Origin: Octopus sinensis
Lineage: Eukaryota
Direction: 5' to 3'
Length of the DNA stretch: 64,000 nucleotides
Assembly (NCBI RefSeq): GCF_006345805.1
Contig: NC_043012.1
Location: 54,994,001 to 55,058,000 of the forward strand
Part shown: positions 1 to 11,142 of the stretch, in pieces
How the letters are laid out: every line of letters begins with the position of its first letter
Numbering within the stretch: the first letter of the stretch is position 1
Made by a program: the position numbers and the translations under genes
Notes under the pieces: generated by a model
Told to the model about the DNA's origin: nothing
Seen by the model: only the letters and a program-made list of their open reading frames with translations
Databases searched by the model: none

Positions 1-741
1 ATTCAACCAGTTCTTTTTAAAGACGTGGTTTCGAACCCCAGGATTTTGAATGGTCTGGTTACTCGATTATTTTCGAACTCCGCCCACGGTCCTCTAGTCA
101 GTATTTACTTTTGTGTAGGCGTACCTTCAAGTTGGGAACCACAGTGCTTTTTCCAACGTGAACCGAAAAAAAAAAAAAAAGTTAGACAAGCGTGAGCGTG
201 GCTGTGTGACAAGAACTTGGGACGATTTGACTTGGCAGAAGATTGTACTGGGCTTCAGTCTGTTTTGGCATAATTTTTACAGATGGATGCTCTTCCTAAT
301 AGCAACCACTTTACAGAGTAGATTGGATTATTTTTACGTGGCACCAGCACTGGCAGGGTCACTAAGATCCTTTGGGAGGGAACGTGACACTGGAGGAGGT
401 GACCTTGTGTCAGGTGATGAAAGGCTAGAGTGCAATGTGCAATAGAGAGACAGAAACAGGTGTCTTGCTGTAGAATAGATACATGGTTACCTGATCAGAG
501 AGAGGAGAGAGAGAGAGAGAGAGAGGACAGAAACAGGTATATTGCTGTAATGGAGATACATGGTTACCCAATCAGAAGGCGAGAGCAAGAGAGAGATGGT
601 GGCAAAGTGCCAGGGCATACCCTCAAAGTACAGGGGTCAGAATATCAATGGTAGGGTGGGTCGTTTAAGAATCCATAAGTCAGAAAAATAAATATGCACT
701 TGTATATTTGTCAATAGAGTAGGTATATTAAAGTGTAAAGT

Positions 742-1294
742 ATGGCAGAATCGTTAGCACGCCGGGCGAAATGCTTAGCAGTATTTCGTCAGCCGCTACG
801 TTCTGAGTTCAAATTCCACCGAGGTCGACTTTGCCTTTCATCCTTTCGAGGTCGATAAATTAAGTACCAGTTACGTACTGGGGTCGATATAATCGACTTA
901 ATCCGTTTGTCTGTCCTTGTTTGTCCTCTCTGTGTTTAGCCCCTTGTGAGTAGTAAAGAAATAGGTATTTCGTCTGTCGCTAATGTTTTGAGTTCAAATT
1001 CCGCCGAGGTCGACTTTGCCTTTCATCCTTTCGAGGTCGATAAATTAAGTACCAGTTACGTACTGGGGTCGATATAATCGACTTAATCCGTTTGTCTGTC
1101 CTTGTTTGTCCTCTCTGTGTTTAGCCCCTTGTGAGTAGTAAAGAAATAGGTATTTCGTCTGTCGCTAATGTTTTGAGTTCAAATTCCGCCGAGGTCGACT
1201 TTGCCTTTCATCCTTTCGGGGTCGATAAATTAAGTACCAATCGACTAGCCCCCTCCCCCAAAATTTCGGGCCTTGTGCCTAGAGTAGAAAACAT
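742..1294 (+). mobile_element. SINE family A, head plus tandem body units
   Basis: gagttcaaattcc B box and a central ctttcatcctttcggggtcgataaattaagtaccag domain (Meta/MESC-like from memory). Three head-to-tail units. Confidence 0.85.
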
Positions 1295-1309
1295 TATACA
1301 CCCATTACA

Positions 1310-1399
1310 GCCAATCTTATCAATTGGTTTTGCGTTAGGATTTCAATACAGTGTTAAGTAACATCCCAATTATGTAACCCTGTGCTCTTCAGAGATGGC
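1310..1399 (-). ncRNA. Possible degenerate type I hammerhead motif
   Basis: Minus strand: GCCATCT-CTGAAGA-GC-ACAGGGTTA...TAACACTGT-ATT-GAAA-TC...GA-TA-AGATTGGC. Core intact, but the base of stem II is mispaired. Confidence 0.3.
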
Positions 1400-2039
1400 A
1401 GCTATGGAATGAAATAGGACAATTGCTTTCTATTGTTGGAAATGAACAGACACATCTTGTTTGAGACAACTGTAAAAATGACGATGAAATGAACCAAAAG
1501 TTATTTTAAGAGTTATGTCCCTTGACACCAAAACACTATCTCTGGGAGTGTTCTAAGGCGATTGGAGTTTTCCAGAAAAGAGTGAATGGGAAATATGTGC
1601 ATGTTTTAGGGTTGGTAATCTTGTAGAGATGGAATATGTGCAGCATTTTGCCCCAAAGAATTTAACCAAAGTTTTAATCAAGACGTAAACAATAAACGTG
1701 CAAACAAACGCCCAGATGCTTACTCGACTGTTGAACATCCCTCTACCCTTTCTCGAGTTATAACGTTTTGTTTCTATGGTTGATGCCGAGTTACAAACAT
1801 ATCTAAATACTTTTTCCAATAAATTGTTCCAAATATCAAGCATGGCACAATATTTACTTCTCATGGGATTTCCATATTATTTTCCGTACAGTGTAGGGTG
1901 GGATTGCTGGTATCCACAAAGTGTGTGTGTGTGTTTCTGCCTCTCTTTCACGTTCTATTCTTTCATCATTTGACACAAGATCACCTCCTCCAATGCCCTC
2001 CACCCTCTGAAAGACTCCCCTACCTTGCAAAGTCACTTG

Positions 2040-2345
2040 GTGACCCCCGCCAGTGCAGGTGCCACTTAAAAAGCACCCAGTCCACACTGTAAAGTGGTTG
2101 GCATTTGGAAGGACATCCAGCTATAAAAAGCATACCAAAACAGACCTGACCTGTGCGAGGGCCATGTAAAAAGCATTCAGCCGACACTGTAAAGTGGATG
2201 GTGTTACGAAGAGCTCCAGCTGTAAAACTCATGCCAAAATACACCCAGAAGCATGGCACAAGCTCCCAACCTGGCCACCTCCTGTCAAACTGTCCAGTCC
2301 ATGTCAGCATGGAAGGAGGATGTTAAATGATGATGATGATGATGA
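2040..2345 (+). mobile_element. RTE 3'-UTR fragment with (GAT)n tail
   Basis: gcatccagc...ccatg..agcatgga...taaatgatgatgat end shared with the RTE copies. Similar fragments at about 7680-7850, 18430-18602, 24595-24790, 48522-48643, 50015-50145 and 60635-60830. Confidence 0.7.
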
Positions 2346-2789
2346 ATATAAAATATAATATAAGATATAAGAGATAATATAATATAAGTATATGTAATGA
2401 GTTATGTTATGATTAAATTGTTTACAGCCTTTATTTGCATGTAGGATAGGAATAAAAGGCTACAGTAGTAGTCAGTAGTTTAGTAGGTCAAGCAGAAGGA
2501 CAAGGACCCTTAAATGTGTGACTAATAGGAAAAGGTGCTTGCAAAGCTGTACAGTGTGTGAAAGCAAAAGAAAACTGTCCACTGATGTTCTCACAAAGTT
2601 CCTATTTATACCTATAGGAAAAAGTGGATGTATGTTTGAGAAGAAAGGGGTATATATATATATTATATATATATATATATATATACCGGAGTAAACACAT
2701 AAATGTGAAACAAGGTGGAAAAAAGAGTACTCAAATACCAGTGGTAGAGTAATATGCTTTATTTAAAGCAGCAGAAAATTCAACAAAAT

Positions 2790-2827
2790 CTGTTACTCTG
2801 AGTTTCTCGTTGCCGTTCATCAGACAG
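2790..2827 (-). ncRNA. Mirror copy of the 2844-2881 hammerhead
   Basis: Exact reverse complement produced by the palindrome. Confidence 0.7.
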
Positions 2828-2843
2828 TTTTTGCTAGCAAAAA

Positions 2844-2881
2844 CTGTCTGATGAACGGCAACGAGAAACTCAGAGTAACAG
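2844..2881 (+). ncRNA. Minimal type I hammerhead motif
   Basis: CTGT-CTGATGA-A-CG(GCAA)CG-A-GAAA-CTCAGAG-TA-ACAG. Stem I is CTGT/ACAG, stem III is the near-palindrome ACTC-A-GAGT, the site is GUA, and there is an A.A mismatch at the base of stem II. Confidence 0.7.
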
Positions 2882-2986
2882 ATTTTGTTGAATTTTCTGC
2901 TGCTTTAAATAAAGTATATATATATATATATATTATTATAGGAGGAGAATTTACAAAACTGTCTATATGAGAAACTCAGATATATA

Positions 2987-3040
<54 letters not shown>

Positions 3041-3345
3041 GAGGAGAATTTACAAAAAAACAAAAGACGAAGACAGGTGGTGTAGACAACAAACAGATGT
3101 GTTTTGATATATATATATATATATATAATTAATAATAAATATTAGGGAATAAATCCAAACTTACAGGGAAAAATCAGATTTAGGATTGAATCCAATTTTA
3201 TAGTAAAATATATATTATATTAAATTAGAGATAAAACCACTATTAGGCAAATCATACAATGAAAAACTTAAGCAATTCATAAGATTATTTAATTTATATT
3301 ATTTAAATATATAACAAAATTATTAAAAAAATATAATTATTATAA

Positions 3346-3406
3346 CACTACGATCGTTTCATGGCTGTTAATTTTAAAATTTCGAGTTACAGTCATTCAT
3401 CAGTGG
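3346..3406 (-). ncRNA. Mirror hammerhead in the left arm, stem I damaged
   Basis: CCA-CTGATGA-ATGACTGT...ACAGCCAT-GAAACGATCGTA-GTG. One C is missing before the core compared with the right arm. Confidence 0.5.
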
Positions 3407-3436
3407 TTTAAATATTTAACTTGCGAGGTTTTAAAC

Positions 3437-3500
3437 CACCTGATGAATGACTGTAACTCGAAAATTTAAAGAAATTAACAGTGATGAAACGATCGTAGTG
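3437..3500 (+). ncRNA. Type I hammerhead motif with long stem II
   Basis: CAC-CTGATGA-ATGACTGT...ACAGTGAT-GAA-ACGATCGT-A-GTG. Stem III is an 8-nt palindrome and the site is GUA. Confidence 0.72.
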
Positions 3501-3799
3501 TTATAATAATTTATTTTTTAATAATTTTGTTATATATTTAATAATATAAATTAAATTAATCTTATGCATTGGCTTAAGTTTTTATTGTATGATTTGCCTA
3601 ATAGTGGTTTTATCTCTAATTTAATATATATATATATATATATATAATATATATATATATATATTATATATATATATAATTATCATAACATCTAAATAAT
3701 TGTAGATGTCTAACTCAAATAAAGGAACCAGACATCATAACAGTGACATCATAATTTCTGATACTAATGCTGAAGCAAAAAAAAAAACCTTGTAGGAAA

Positions 3800-4340
3800 A
3801 TAGGTTAAGGTTTTGATTCTTGGCCTTAGCTCTGACAACACAACCTTTGTGCTTCATGTTGAAGAATTTGTCAAGTCCCAATCTCACTGTGAGCATGTTG
3901 GTTGCGATGCCTTTTCTAAAAGCCTCGTCTAACTTTTTGACTAACCCTGCCTCTACTCTGTTTCTTTCTTCTGATAGTCCTTTGCTAAACCTTATTGATT
4001 CTATTCTAGTTACCCTTTTCAGGGCAAACCACCATTTATTATTGAGTATTGCCCCTGTCAACACCCTCTTAACTAGTTCACTAATCTGGTCACTGAAATC
4101 TTTATGAACCAGCAACAGTGTGTTCAGCTTCCACTAACAGGGTTCCTGTCTATGAAGCCTATCTAAGTTGACTGCACAGATCACAACCACACTGGCACAT
4201 CCAGGAAATCCAATCAATACCCGTTAGACAGTTGGAATCATCTGAACAGAATTGCGAGACTTTTGCACCCTCCTTTCCTATCTGCTAAACCTACGTAGTC
4301 CCACCTTACATCTAAAACTTCATTCCAATCCCCCACTAAA
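3800..4340 (-). mobile_element. Decayed Tx1/L1-like LINE ORF2 fragment (endonuclease plus linker)
   Basis: LVGDWNEVLD (APE GDxN motif), WWFALKRVTRIESIRFSK and GCVVRAKAK, with stops. Confidence 0.7.
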
Positions 4341-4345
4341 TAATG

Positions 4346-4394
<49 letters not shown>

Positions 4395-4414
4395 TAGTAA
4401 TAATAATAATAATA

Positions 4415-4970
4415 AATGTCCTGATGCAGTACCAAGCAGTGGCTCTCATGGCTTCTGATCTTAACTGATTGGAAGTGTTATCATGTACATTGTTTTGTCT
4501 TGGTATAAAAGATGGGCTACAGCAAATTTTCTGGTCAATACCACAGATTTGCTTGTCACTTGTTTGACCTTAACCAGTTGAGCCTGTCCCTTAGTGGCTG
4601 ATGATATGTGCATCTCGGATCACGGGCAGAAGTAGTCGGGGAGCATCATAGCCGTGTGCTGAAAGGAATTCTGGTAGGTTTGGATAATTCACCTCTGGAA
4701 ACATGGGTGGTTTGTTGAACATCCTTAAACAATCCTTATTCAGGGATCTTTTGAGCAGGATAAGTTACTCGACCAGAAGAAAATTCTAACTGGGCCCCAC
4801 CTGCAAGGTCATGTGCTGTTTATCTTGATATGAGATCACCATATCACGTACATATGGTTGTGATACATGTGCCTAGTGTACCCTTATCAGACAGGTAGTC
4901 ATAATGGGTATACTAGGCGTCGTATATTTGTACCCCAGTGTCACTGTGATGGCATGCACTTCTCTATCAC

Positions 4971-4975
<5 letters not shown>
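4415..4975 (+). mobile_element. Family E, about 560-bp non-coding interspersed repeat set in trinucleotide microsatellites
   Basis: Copies at 4415-4975(+), 5005-5535(+), 15683-16242(-) and 23044-23552(-). No TIR and no ORF. Confidence 0.85.
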
Positions 4976-5004
<29 letters not shown>

Positions 5005-5005
<1 letters not shown>

Positions 5006-5533
5006 CTCATGGCTTTTGATATTAACTGATTGGAAGTGTAATTATGTACATTGTTTTGTCTTGGTATAAAAGATGGGCTACAGCAAATTTTCTGCTCAAT
5101 ACCACAGATTTGCTTGTCAGTTGTTTGACCTTAACCAGTTGAGCCTGTCCCTTAGTGGCTGACGATATGGGCATCTCTGATCACGAGCAGAAGTAGTGGG
5201 GGAGCATCATAGCCATGTGTTGAGAGGGATTCTTTGGGGTTTGAATAATTCACCTCTGGAAACATGGGTGGTTCTTTCAACATCCTTAAACAACCCTTAT
5301 TCAGGGACCTTTTGAGCGGGATGGGCTACTCAACCTGAAGAAAATTCTAACTGGGCCCCCACCTGCAAGGTCATGCGCTGTTTATCTTGATATGAGATCA
5401 CCATGTCGCGCACATATGGTTGTGATGCATGTGCCTGGTGTACCCTTATCAGACGGGTAGTCATGATGGGTATATTGGGCTTCGTATATTTTACCCCAGT
5501 GTCACTTTGATGGCATGAACTGCTCTCTCACTC

Positions 5534-5535
<2 letters not shown>
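5005..5535 (+). mobile_element. Family E copy, tandem to the previous one
   Basis: High similarity to 4445-4975, separated by (AAT)n. Confidence 0.85.
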
Positions 5536-5566
<31 letters not shown>

Positions 5567-5775
5567 TTCTACTATAGGCACAAGACCTAGATTTTTGTGG
5601 GGAGAGGGACAGTCAATCACATCAATCCCAGTACTCAACTGGTACTGAATTTATCAACCCCCAAAAGGATGAAAGGCAAAGTCAACCTTGGAGGAATTTG
5701 AACTCAGAACATAAAGACAGACGAAATGCCACTAAGCATTTTGCTCAGTATGCTAATGATTCTGCCTTCTCATTG

Positions 5776-5998
5776 CCTTTTGATACCAACCCATCTGAAA
5801 CTGCCCCTGGCTCTGTACTACAAATGTCTTGTTTTCATAAGTTTTGAATTAAAATCTTCTACCAAACCTTAGTTACAATTTATGTTCTTAACATTAGCTT
5901 AATGATAACCAAGTTATTTTACTAAAGTCTTTGTTATATTTAAAATTAATTGGAAGAAACACAGTGCATCTCAACAGGAATGCAGTAACAAAAAAGGG
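5776..5998 (-). mobile_element. piggyBac-like MITE, same family as 24799-25023
   Basis: Reverse-complement similarity. Ends AAAGGG|ttaa. Confidence 0.6.
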
Positions 5999-6285
5999 TT
6001 AAGCATGAGGTCTGAAATTTTGTGGGAGGGCACCAGTTGAATACACTGACTCCAGTATTGAACTGGTACTTATTTTATTAACCCCAAAAGTATGAGAGAC
6101 AAATCCACCTTGGTGATGACTTTGCTTTTCATCTTTTAAGAAATTAATACTTAACAATTATATTAATGTAGAGAAAGGAAATTTGTATATAGTAATTGAT
6201 TTGTCTGATGTGTGATGAATACCTTGAAAGCTATTTGTTTAAATTAGTTTGACCTTAATTTCTTCTATTTACTTTTATTTTCCAG

Positions 6286-6388
6286 GGGCATTCCCTTCCC
6301 AGTGATATGTAAGGACAAGAATTTTAGGATTAAAAGCCTTGTGAAGGCTCTGTCAGAAAGTGAATATGATATCGTTTTACTCCAAGAG
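6286..6388 (+). CDS. SMPD2: Neutral sphingomyelinase 1, first coding exon found (probably exon 2)
   Basis: ttccAG acceptor and GTattc donor. Reads (W)GIPFPVICKDKNFRIKSLVKALSESEYDIVLLQE, matching the WGIP...LLEE N-terminus of SMPD2 with its metal-binding Glu. 103 nt, starts in phase 2. Confidence 0.93.
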
Positions 6389-6474
6389 GTATTCCTTACA
6401 CTTACAACTTATGATTTCATTATTTCTTTGTAATAATTTAATTTTGATTGTGGTACAAAAAGAAGAGCATATCT

Positions 6475-6688
6475 GGTAAGTTCACCATCAATTCACCACA
6501 GAGAAAGTTCACTGTCATCAATTCATTTTTTGCCAATAAAATAGTTTTAACTATTAATGGTAACTTACTATGAATATATTTTCTTGGTAAACTTTCCTCA
6601 CAATGAGCTTTCCTCATGGTGAACTTTCTTCACAGTGAATTGATGGTGGTGAACTTTCTTGCGATGAATTGATGGTGATGAACTTACC
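6475..6688. mobile_element. MITE with GGTAAGTTCA(TC)ACCATCAATTCA termini
   Basis: Inverted termini and subterminal ggtgaacttt repeats. Superfamily not assigned. Confidence 0.65.
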
Positions 6689-6956
6689 TGTAATCAGAGT
6701 AGAGGGTGGTGAAAAAACCAAACTCTGCCATCTTCAATTTAGTTTCCATATCTCTCCTCACCTAAAGTCACGAATGGTGGGTAATGAGTGAAAGAATTTA
6801 ATTGTGAATACTAGTGGTCAGAATGGGGTTCCTCTGAAGGATCTCTGGAATAACATTCCTTGACAGGGTGTGTAGCTCAGTGATCCGTTTTTTTGTGTCT
6901 GAAGATCATGAAGAAGAACGGCATTCCCTCAAGTGGTTATGTAAACCATGGACAAC

Positions 6957-7371
6957 TCTTCTACTTGTTTCAGTCATTTGACTGCGGCCATGCTGGAGCA
7001 CTGCCTTTAGTCGAGCAAATCGACCCCAGGACTTATTATTTGTAAGCCTAGTACTTATTCTATCGGTCTCTTTTTCTCTTTTGCCGAACCGCTAAGTTAC
7101 GGGGACATGAACACACCAGCATTGGTTGTCAAGCGATGTTGGAAGGACAAATACAGACACACAAACACACGCATATATATATATATACATATACACGACA
7201 GGCTTCTTTCAGTTTCTGTCTACCAAATCCACTCACAAAGCTTTGGTCGCCCCGAGGCTATAGTAGAAGACACTTGCCCAAAGTGCCACGCAGTGGGACT
7301 GAACCCGGAACCATGTGGTTGGTAAGCAAGCTACTTACCACACAGCCACTCCTGCGCCTATGCTAGGACAT
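6957..7371 (-). mobile_element. SINE family B
   Basis: Full reverse copy. Others at about 9260-9578(-), 9690-9915(+), 11895-12245(-), 18885-19295(-), 22795-23035(-), 26635-26935(+), 28785-29252(-), 29950-30170(-), 31590-31972(-) and 34645-35060(-). Confidence 0.88.
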
Positions 7372-7860
7372 TAAATGATGATGATGATTGGGGCACCAAA
7401 ATCTTTCAAGTGCTTAGAGCCTCTATGGGTCTTAATCCAACTCTGAATGAAAGGGGTTAGCTTCATTGGTTGTTGTAGTGAATACTAGTGGCTGAAGGAG
7501 CTCTGGAATAACATTCCTAGAGTAGGTATGTAGCTCAGAGATCATCTCTTTGTGTCTGAAGATCATAAGGAATAAAGGCATTCCCTCATGTAGCTATGTA
7601 AACTATGGACAAATGATGATGATGATGATAGTGGGACCAAAATTGCTGGTATCACATAAAGAAAGAGCATCCATGCAAGTGGCATGCAAAAAGTACCCAG
7701 TACACTCTGTAAAGTGGTTGGTGTCAGGAAGGGCATCCAAGCATTAGAAACTATGCCAAAATAGACAATTGGAGCATGGGCTGCTCTCCAGCTGGCCAAT
7801 TCCTGCCAAACAGTCCAACCTGTGCCAGCATGGAAAACATGTTAAACGATATGTTATTTA

Positions 7861-8256
7861 TATTATTTGCATTATTTACATTCGATGGATATTTGTCCTC
7901 ATCTTGTTTGTTGTTAACACAACGTTTCGGCTGATATACCCATGGATATATGGCATAGTGGTTAAGAGCACAGGCTAATAACACCAAGATTCCGAGTTCG
8001 ATTCCAAGCAGTGACCTGAACAATAACAATAATAATAATAATAACAACAACAACAACAACAACAATAACAACAACAACATCAAAAAATACCTTAGGAATG
8101 AGAACCCAGGTTTGAAATTTCCCCAAGACACCTGAAGACGGCTGGAGGGTATGTCAGCCGAAATGTTGTGTTAACAACAAACAAGATGAAGACAAATATC
8201 CATCGAATGTAAGTAATGTAAATAATGTGCATAATTCCTCATCTCTTCAATATAGA
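7861..8256 (+). mobile_element. tRNA-headed SINE-like element with hammerhead-bearing tail and upstream inverted partial tail
   Basis: A box TGGCATAGTGG at 7951-7961, B box GTTCGATTCC at 7996-8005, (AAT/AAC)n, then an HHR at 8127-8172. 7862-7941 is an inverted copy of about 8147-8226. Confidence 0.75.
8127..8172 (+). ncRNA. Minimal type I hammerhead motif
   Basis: GACAC-CTGAAGA-C-GGCTGG(agggtatg)TCAGCC-GAAA-TG-TT-GTGTT. The inverted copy keeps GAAACGTT, which gives a palindromic ACGT stem III. Confidence 0.72.
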
Positions 8257-8594
8257 AATGTTAAATGATGATGACAATGAAATACCTTAAAATTGGGATA
8301 TTTCTTCCATAAGCTTAGATCTGACACGAGATATTCACGAGCATAGCTTTGTGGCAAGAAGTTCGCTTCCCAACCATGTGGTTCAGGCTCAGATCCCTTC
8401 CATAGCATCTTGGGTGAGTGTCTTCAGCTGTAGTCCCAGGCCAACCAAAGCCTTTGTGAGCGGATGTGGTAGGTGGAAACAGAAAGATACCTGTCATGTA
8501 TGTATGTATGTATGTATGTATGTCTGTATGTCTGTCTGTCTGTCTGTATGTATGTATGTATGCCTGTATGTATGTATGTATGTATGTATGTTAT

Positions 8595-9148
8595 GTCAGG
8601 TCACTTTCGAGTGCTACTGATAACATGTAACCCAGTAGAACCTGTTGCATGGTCAGGTCGTTGGCGAGTAAACCGGCAACCCCACCAAGCTTGCTTGATG
8701 AGGAGGGTGTTTATTGGACACCCTGCGGAATGAAAAACAAAACCTGTCAAAGGGCGGAGGAACTCTTGAGAGTCAACGGCCATCCAATAAATGCCTTAAG
8801 GTTGTATCATGTGCGGGGACATAGAAATAATCGGACTTAATACCCGATCGTGCGGTTAAACCATTGGGAGTGAAGGACTCCTAGCCTTTGTTAGGGCATC
8901 CTTCTAGGAGAAGGTAACTCAGGAAACTGGGATAACTCCGACATAAAACCTGCGGCTCAGTGGTTACCGATGATGTTGACTTGTTCTTCTTTTCGGATTA
9001 TGGCTGCTGTTGCTTAGTGAGTGGGATTGACTCAGTGCACAGCCTTTCCTCACTTTAAAAAAAATCTTTTTGCACAGGCATTGCACGATAACAACATTGA
9101 TTAAGCTTCGTGTAATGGCCATACTCGATAACGAGGGGGCAGCCACCA
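8595..9148 (+). mobile_element. Probable RTE-type 5'-UTR fragment
   Basis: Higher GC than the surrounding DNA. The ctaggagaaggtaactc...aaacc motif resembles RTE 5' UTRs as I recall them. Confidence 0.35.
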
Positions 9149-9156
9149 TGTATGTA

Positions 9157-9225
<69 letters not shown>

Positions 9226-9453
9226 TGTGTGTGTGTGTATGTATTTATGTATGTACTATTTTACTCTTTTACTTGTTTCAGTCATTTGGCTGCGGCCATG
9301 CTGGAGCAGTGCCTTTAGTCAAGCAAATCTTTGTAAGCCTAGTACTTATTCTATTGGTCACTTTTGCCGAACTGCTAAGTTACGGGGACGTAAACATACC
9401 ACCATCAGTTGTCAAGCGATGTTGGGGGTACAAACACGGACATTCAAACATAT

Positions 9454-9487
<34 letters not shown>

Positions 9488-9614
9488 GAAGACACTTGCC
9501 CAAGGTGCCAAGCAGTGGGAATGTACCCGGAACCATGTGGTTGGTAAGCAAGCTACTTACCACACAGCCACTCCTGCACTTATATATATATATATTCATA
9601 CATACATTTGTATA

Positions 9615-9670
<56 letters not shown>

Positions 9671-9994
9671 CATACGTGTGTATGTATATGTATATATCTA
9701 TGTGTGTATGTCTTTGTGTTTATGTTTGTTCCACCACCACTTGACCACTGGTGTTAGTTTGTTTATGCTCCCATAATCTTTCAGTTTGGTGAGAAGTGAC
9801 CGATAGAAAACTGGCCTAGAGAAATAAAAACAGAACTGGGGTCGATTTGTTCGACTAAACCCTTCATGGCAGTGCCCCAGCATGGTCACAGTCTAATGAC
9901 AAACAGACAAAAGATAGAGAATAAAGCATCCTGACAAAGCCAAGACCATGACATGAGGAAGTGTGTCAGTGATAAGGTAATACTGCAGAGTGAA

Positions 9995-10970
9995 GGCGGT
10001 GAGCTGGCAGAAACGTTAGCACGCCGGGCGAAATGCTTAGCAGTATTTCGTCAGCCGCTACGTTCTGAGTTCAAATTCCGCCGAGGTCGACTTTGCCTTT
10101 CATCCTTTCGGGGTCGATAAATTAAGTACCAGTTACGCACTGGAGTTGATATAATCGACTTAATCTGTTTGTCTGTCCTTGTTTGTCCTCACTGTGTTTA
10201 GCCCCTTGTGGGTAGTAAAGAAATAGGTAACGCTGCAGAGCTCTAGTTTTTTTTTCATCTAGTGTCAATGAAAAAGCATTCACAGTGCCCAGACGGGGTC
10301 TTTATTTAGTCTCTCAATGATAAAATAACTTCGACTAAGTCCTGAAAGTGTTGTTGTTGTTGACAGAAATGTTAGCACGCTGGGTGAAATGCTTAGCGGT
10401 ATTTTGTCTGCCACTACGTTTTGAGTTCAAATTCCGCTGATGTCGACTTTGCCCTTCATCCTTTCGGGGTCCATTAAATAAGTACCAGTTATGCACTGGG
10501 GTCAATGTAATCGACTTAATCCGTTTGTCTGTCTTTGTTTGTCCTCTCTGTGTTTAGCTCCTTGTGGGTAGTAAAGAAATAGGTATTTTGTCTGCTGCTA
10601 CGTTCTGAGTTCAAATTCCTCTGAGGTTGACTTTGCTTTTCATCCTTTCGGGGTCGATAAATAAAGTACCAGTTATGTGCTGGGGTCGATGTAATCGATT
10701 TAATCCCTTTGTCTGTCCTTGTTTGTCCCCTCTATGTTTAGCCCCTTGTGGGCAATAAAGAAATAAGAAATGTTAGCACATTGGGCGAAATGCTTAGCGG
10801 TATTTCGTCTGCCGTTATGTTCTGAGTTCAAATTCCACCAAGATAGACTTTGCCTTTCATCATTAAAGTATCAGTTACGCACTGGGGGTCGATATAATCG
10901 ACTTAATCCTTTCGTCTGTCCTTGTATGTCCCCTCTATGTTTAACCTCTTGTGGGCCAATAAATAAATAA
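9995..10970 (+). mobile_element. SINE family A cluster (one full copy plus a tandem trimer)
   Basis: Same family as 742-1294. Confidence 0.85.
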
Positions 10971-10974
10971 GTGT

Positions 10975-11142
10975 AAAGCTTATTTATTCACATTGTTTTG
11001 AGTCAATCATGCATCACCACACTGCTTTGAGTTTTCAGTGATGAGATTGTTTATTTTTAAAATGACATTGTAGAGTAAGTGTGAGAGGCTGGATCTAGAA
11101 TATTTTAGGCTGGGTATGGCTGTTTTAAATGCAAAAAGGGTT
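10975..11142 (+). mobile_element. Second AAAGGG|TTAA-ended repeat family
   Basis: Related pieces at about 26560-27055 (split by a SINE), 36610-36790 and 40080-40265. Confidence 0.55.

Larger units (their letters stand above)
2757..2914. repeat. Perfect 158-bp spacerless palindrome in a PLE-like terminal remnant (about 2687-2914)
   Basis: Arms 2757-2835 and 2836-2914 are exact reverse complements. The centre is ttgct|agcaa. Confidence 0.97.
3216..3628. repeat. Imperfect inverted repeat (about 195-bp arms, 20-nt spacer), PLE-like terminal remnant
   Basis: 3216-3410 and 3431-3628 are diverged reverse complements, flanked by (TA)n. Confidence 0.9.

Noticed and set aside
1494-1560. Candidate SMPD2 first exon (MSLDTKTLSLGVF*)
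   Set aside because: It has an in-frame stop, no LNC-W(TG|GT) donor and only superficial similarity. No convincing exon 1 was found in 1-6285.
1553-1864. 103-aa minus-strand ORF
   Set aside because: No recognisable motif or splice support, and the length is compatible with chance.
7951-8010. tRNA gene (also the heads at 17909, 36818 and 63160)
   Set aside because: A and B boxes are present, but there is no complete cloverleaf and each continues into a SINE body.
8690-8745. Hammerhead- or HDV-like ribozyme around the AGGGTGT/ACACCCT hairpin
   Set aside because: The core reads TTGATGA...GGAA, no stem I or III partner was found, and I could not build a convincing HDV pseudoknot by eye.
9070-9776. 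ORFs of poly-CV, poly-YI and similar (also 30118-30899, 48381-48962 and 54172-54448)
   Set aside because: They are translations of (TG)n and (TA)n microsatellites, with no coding signal.
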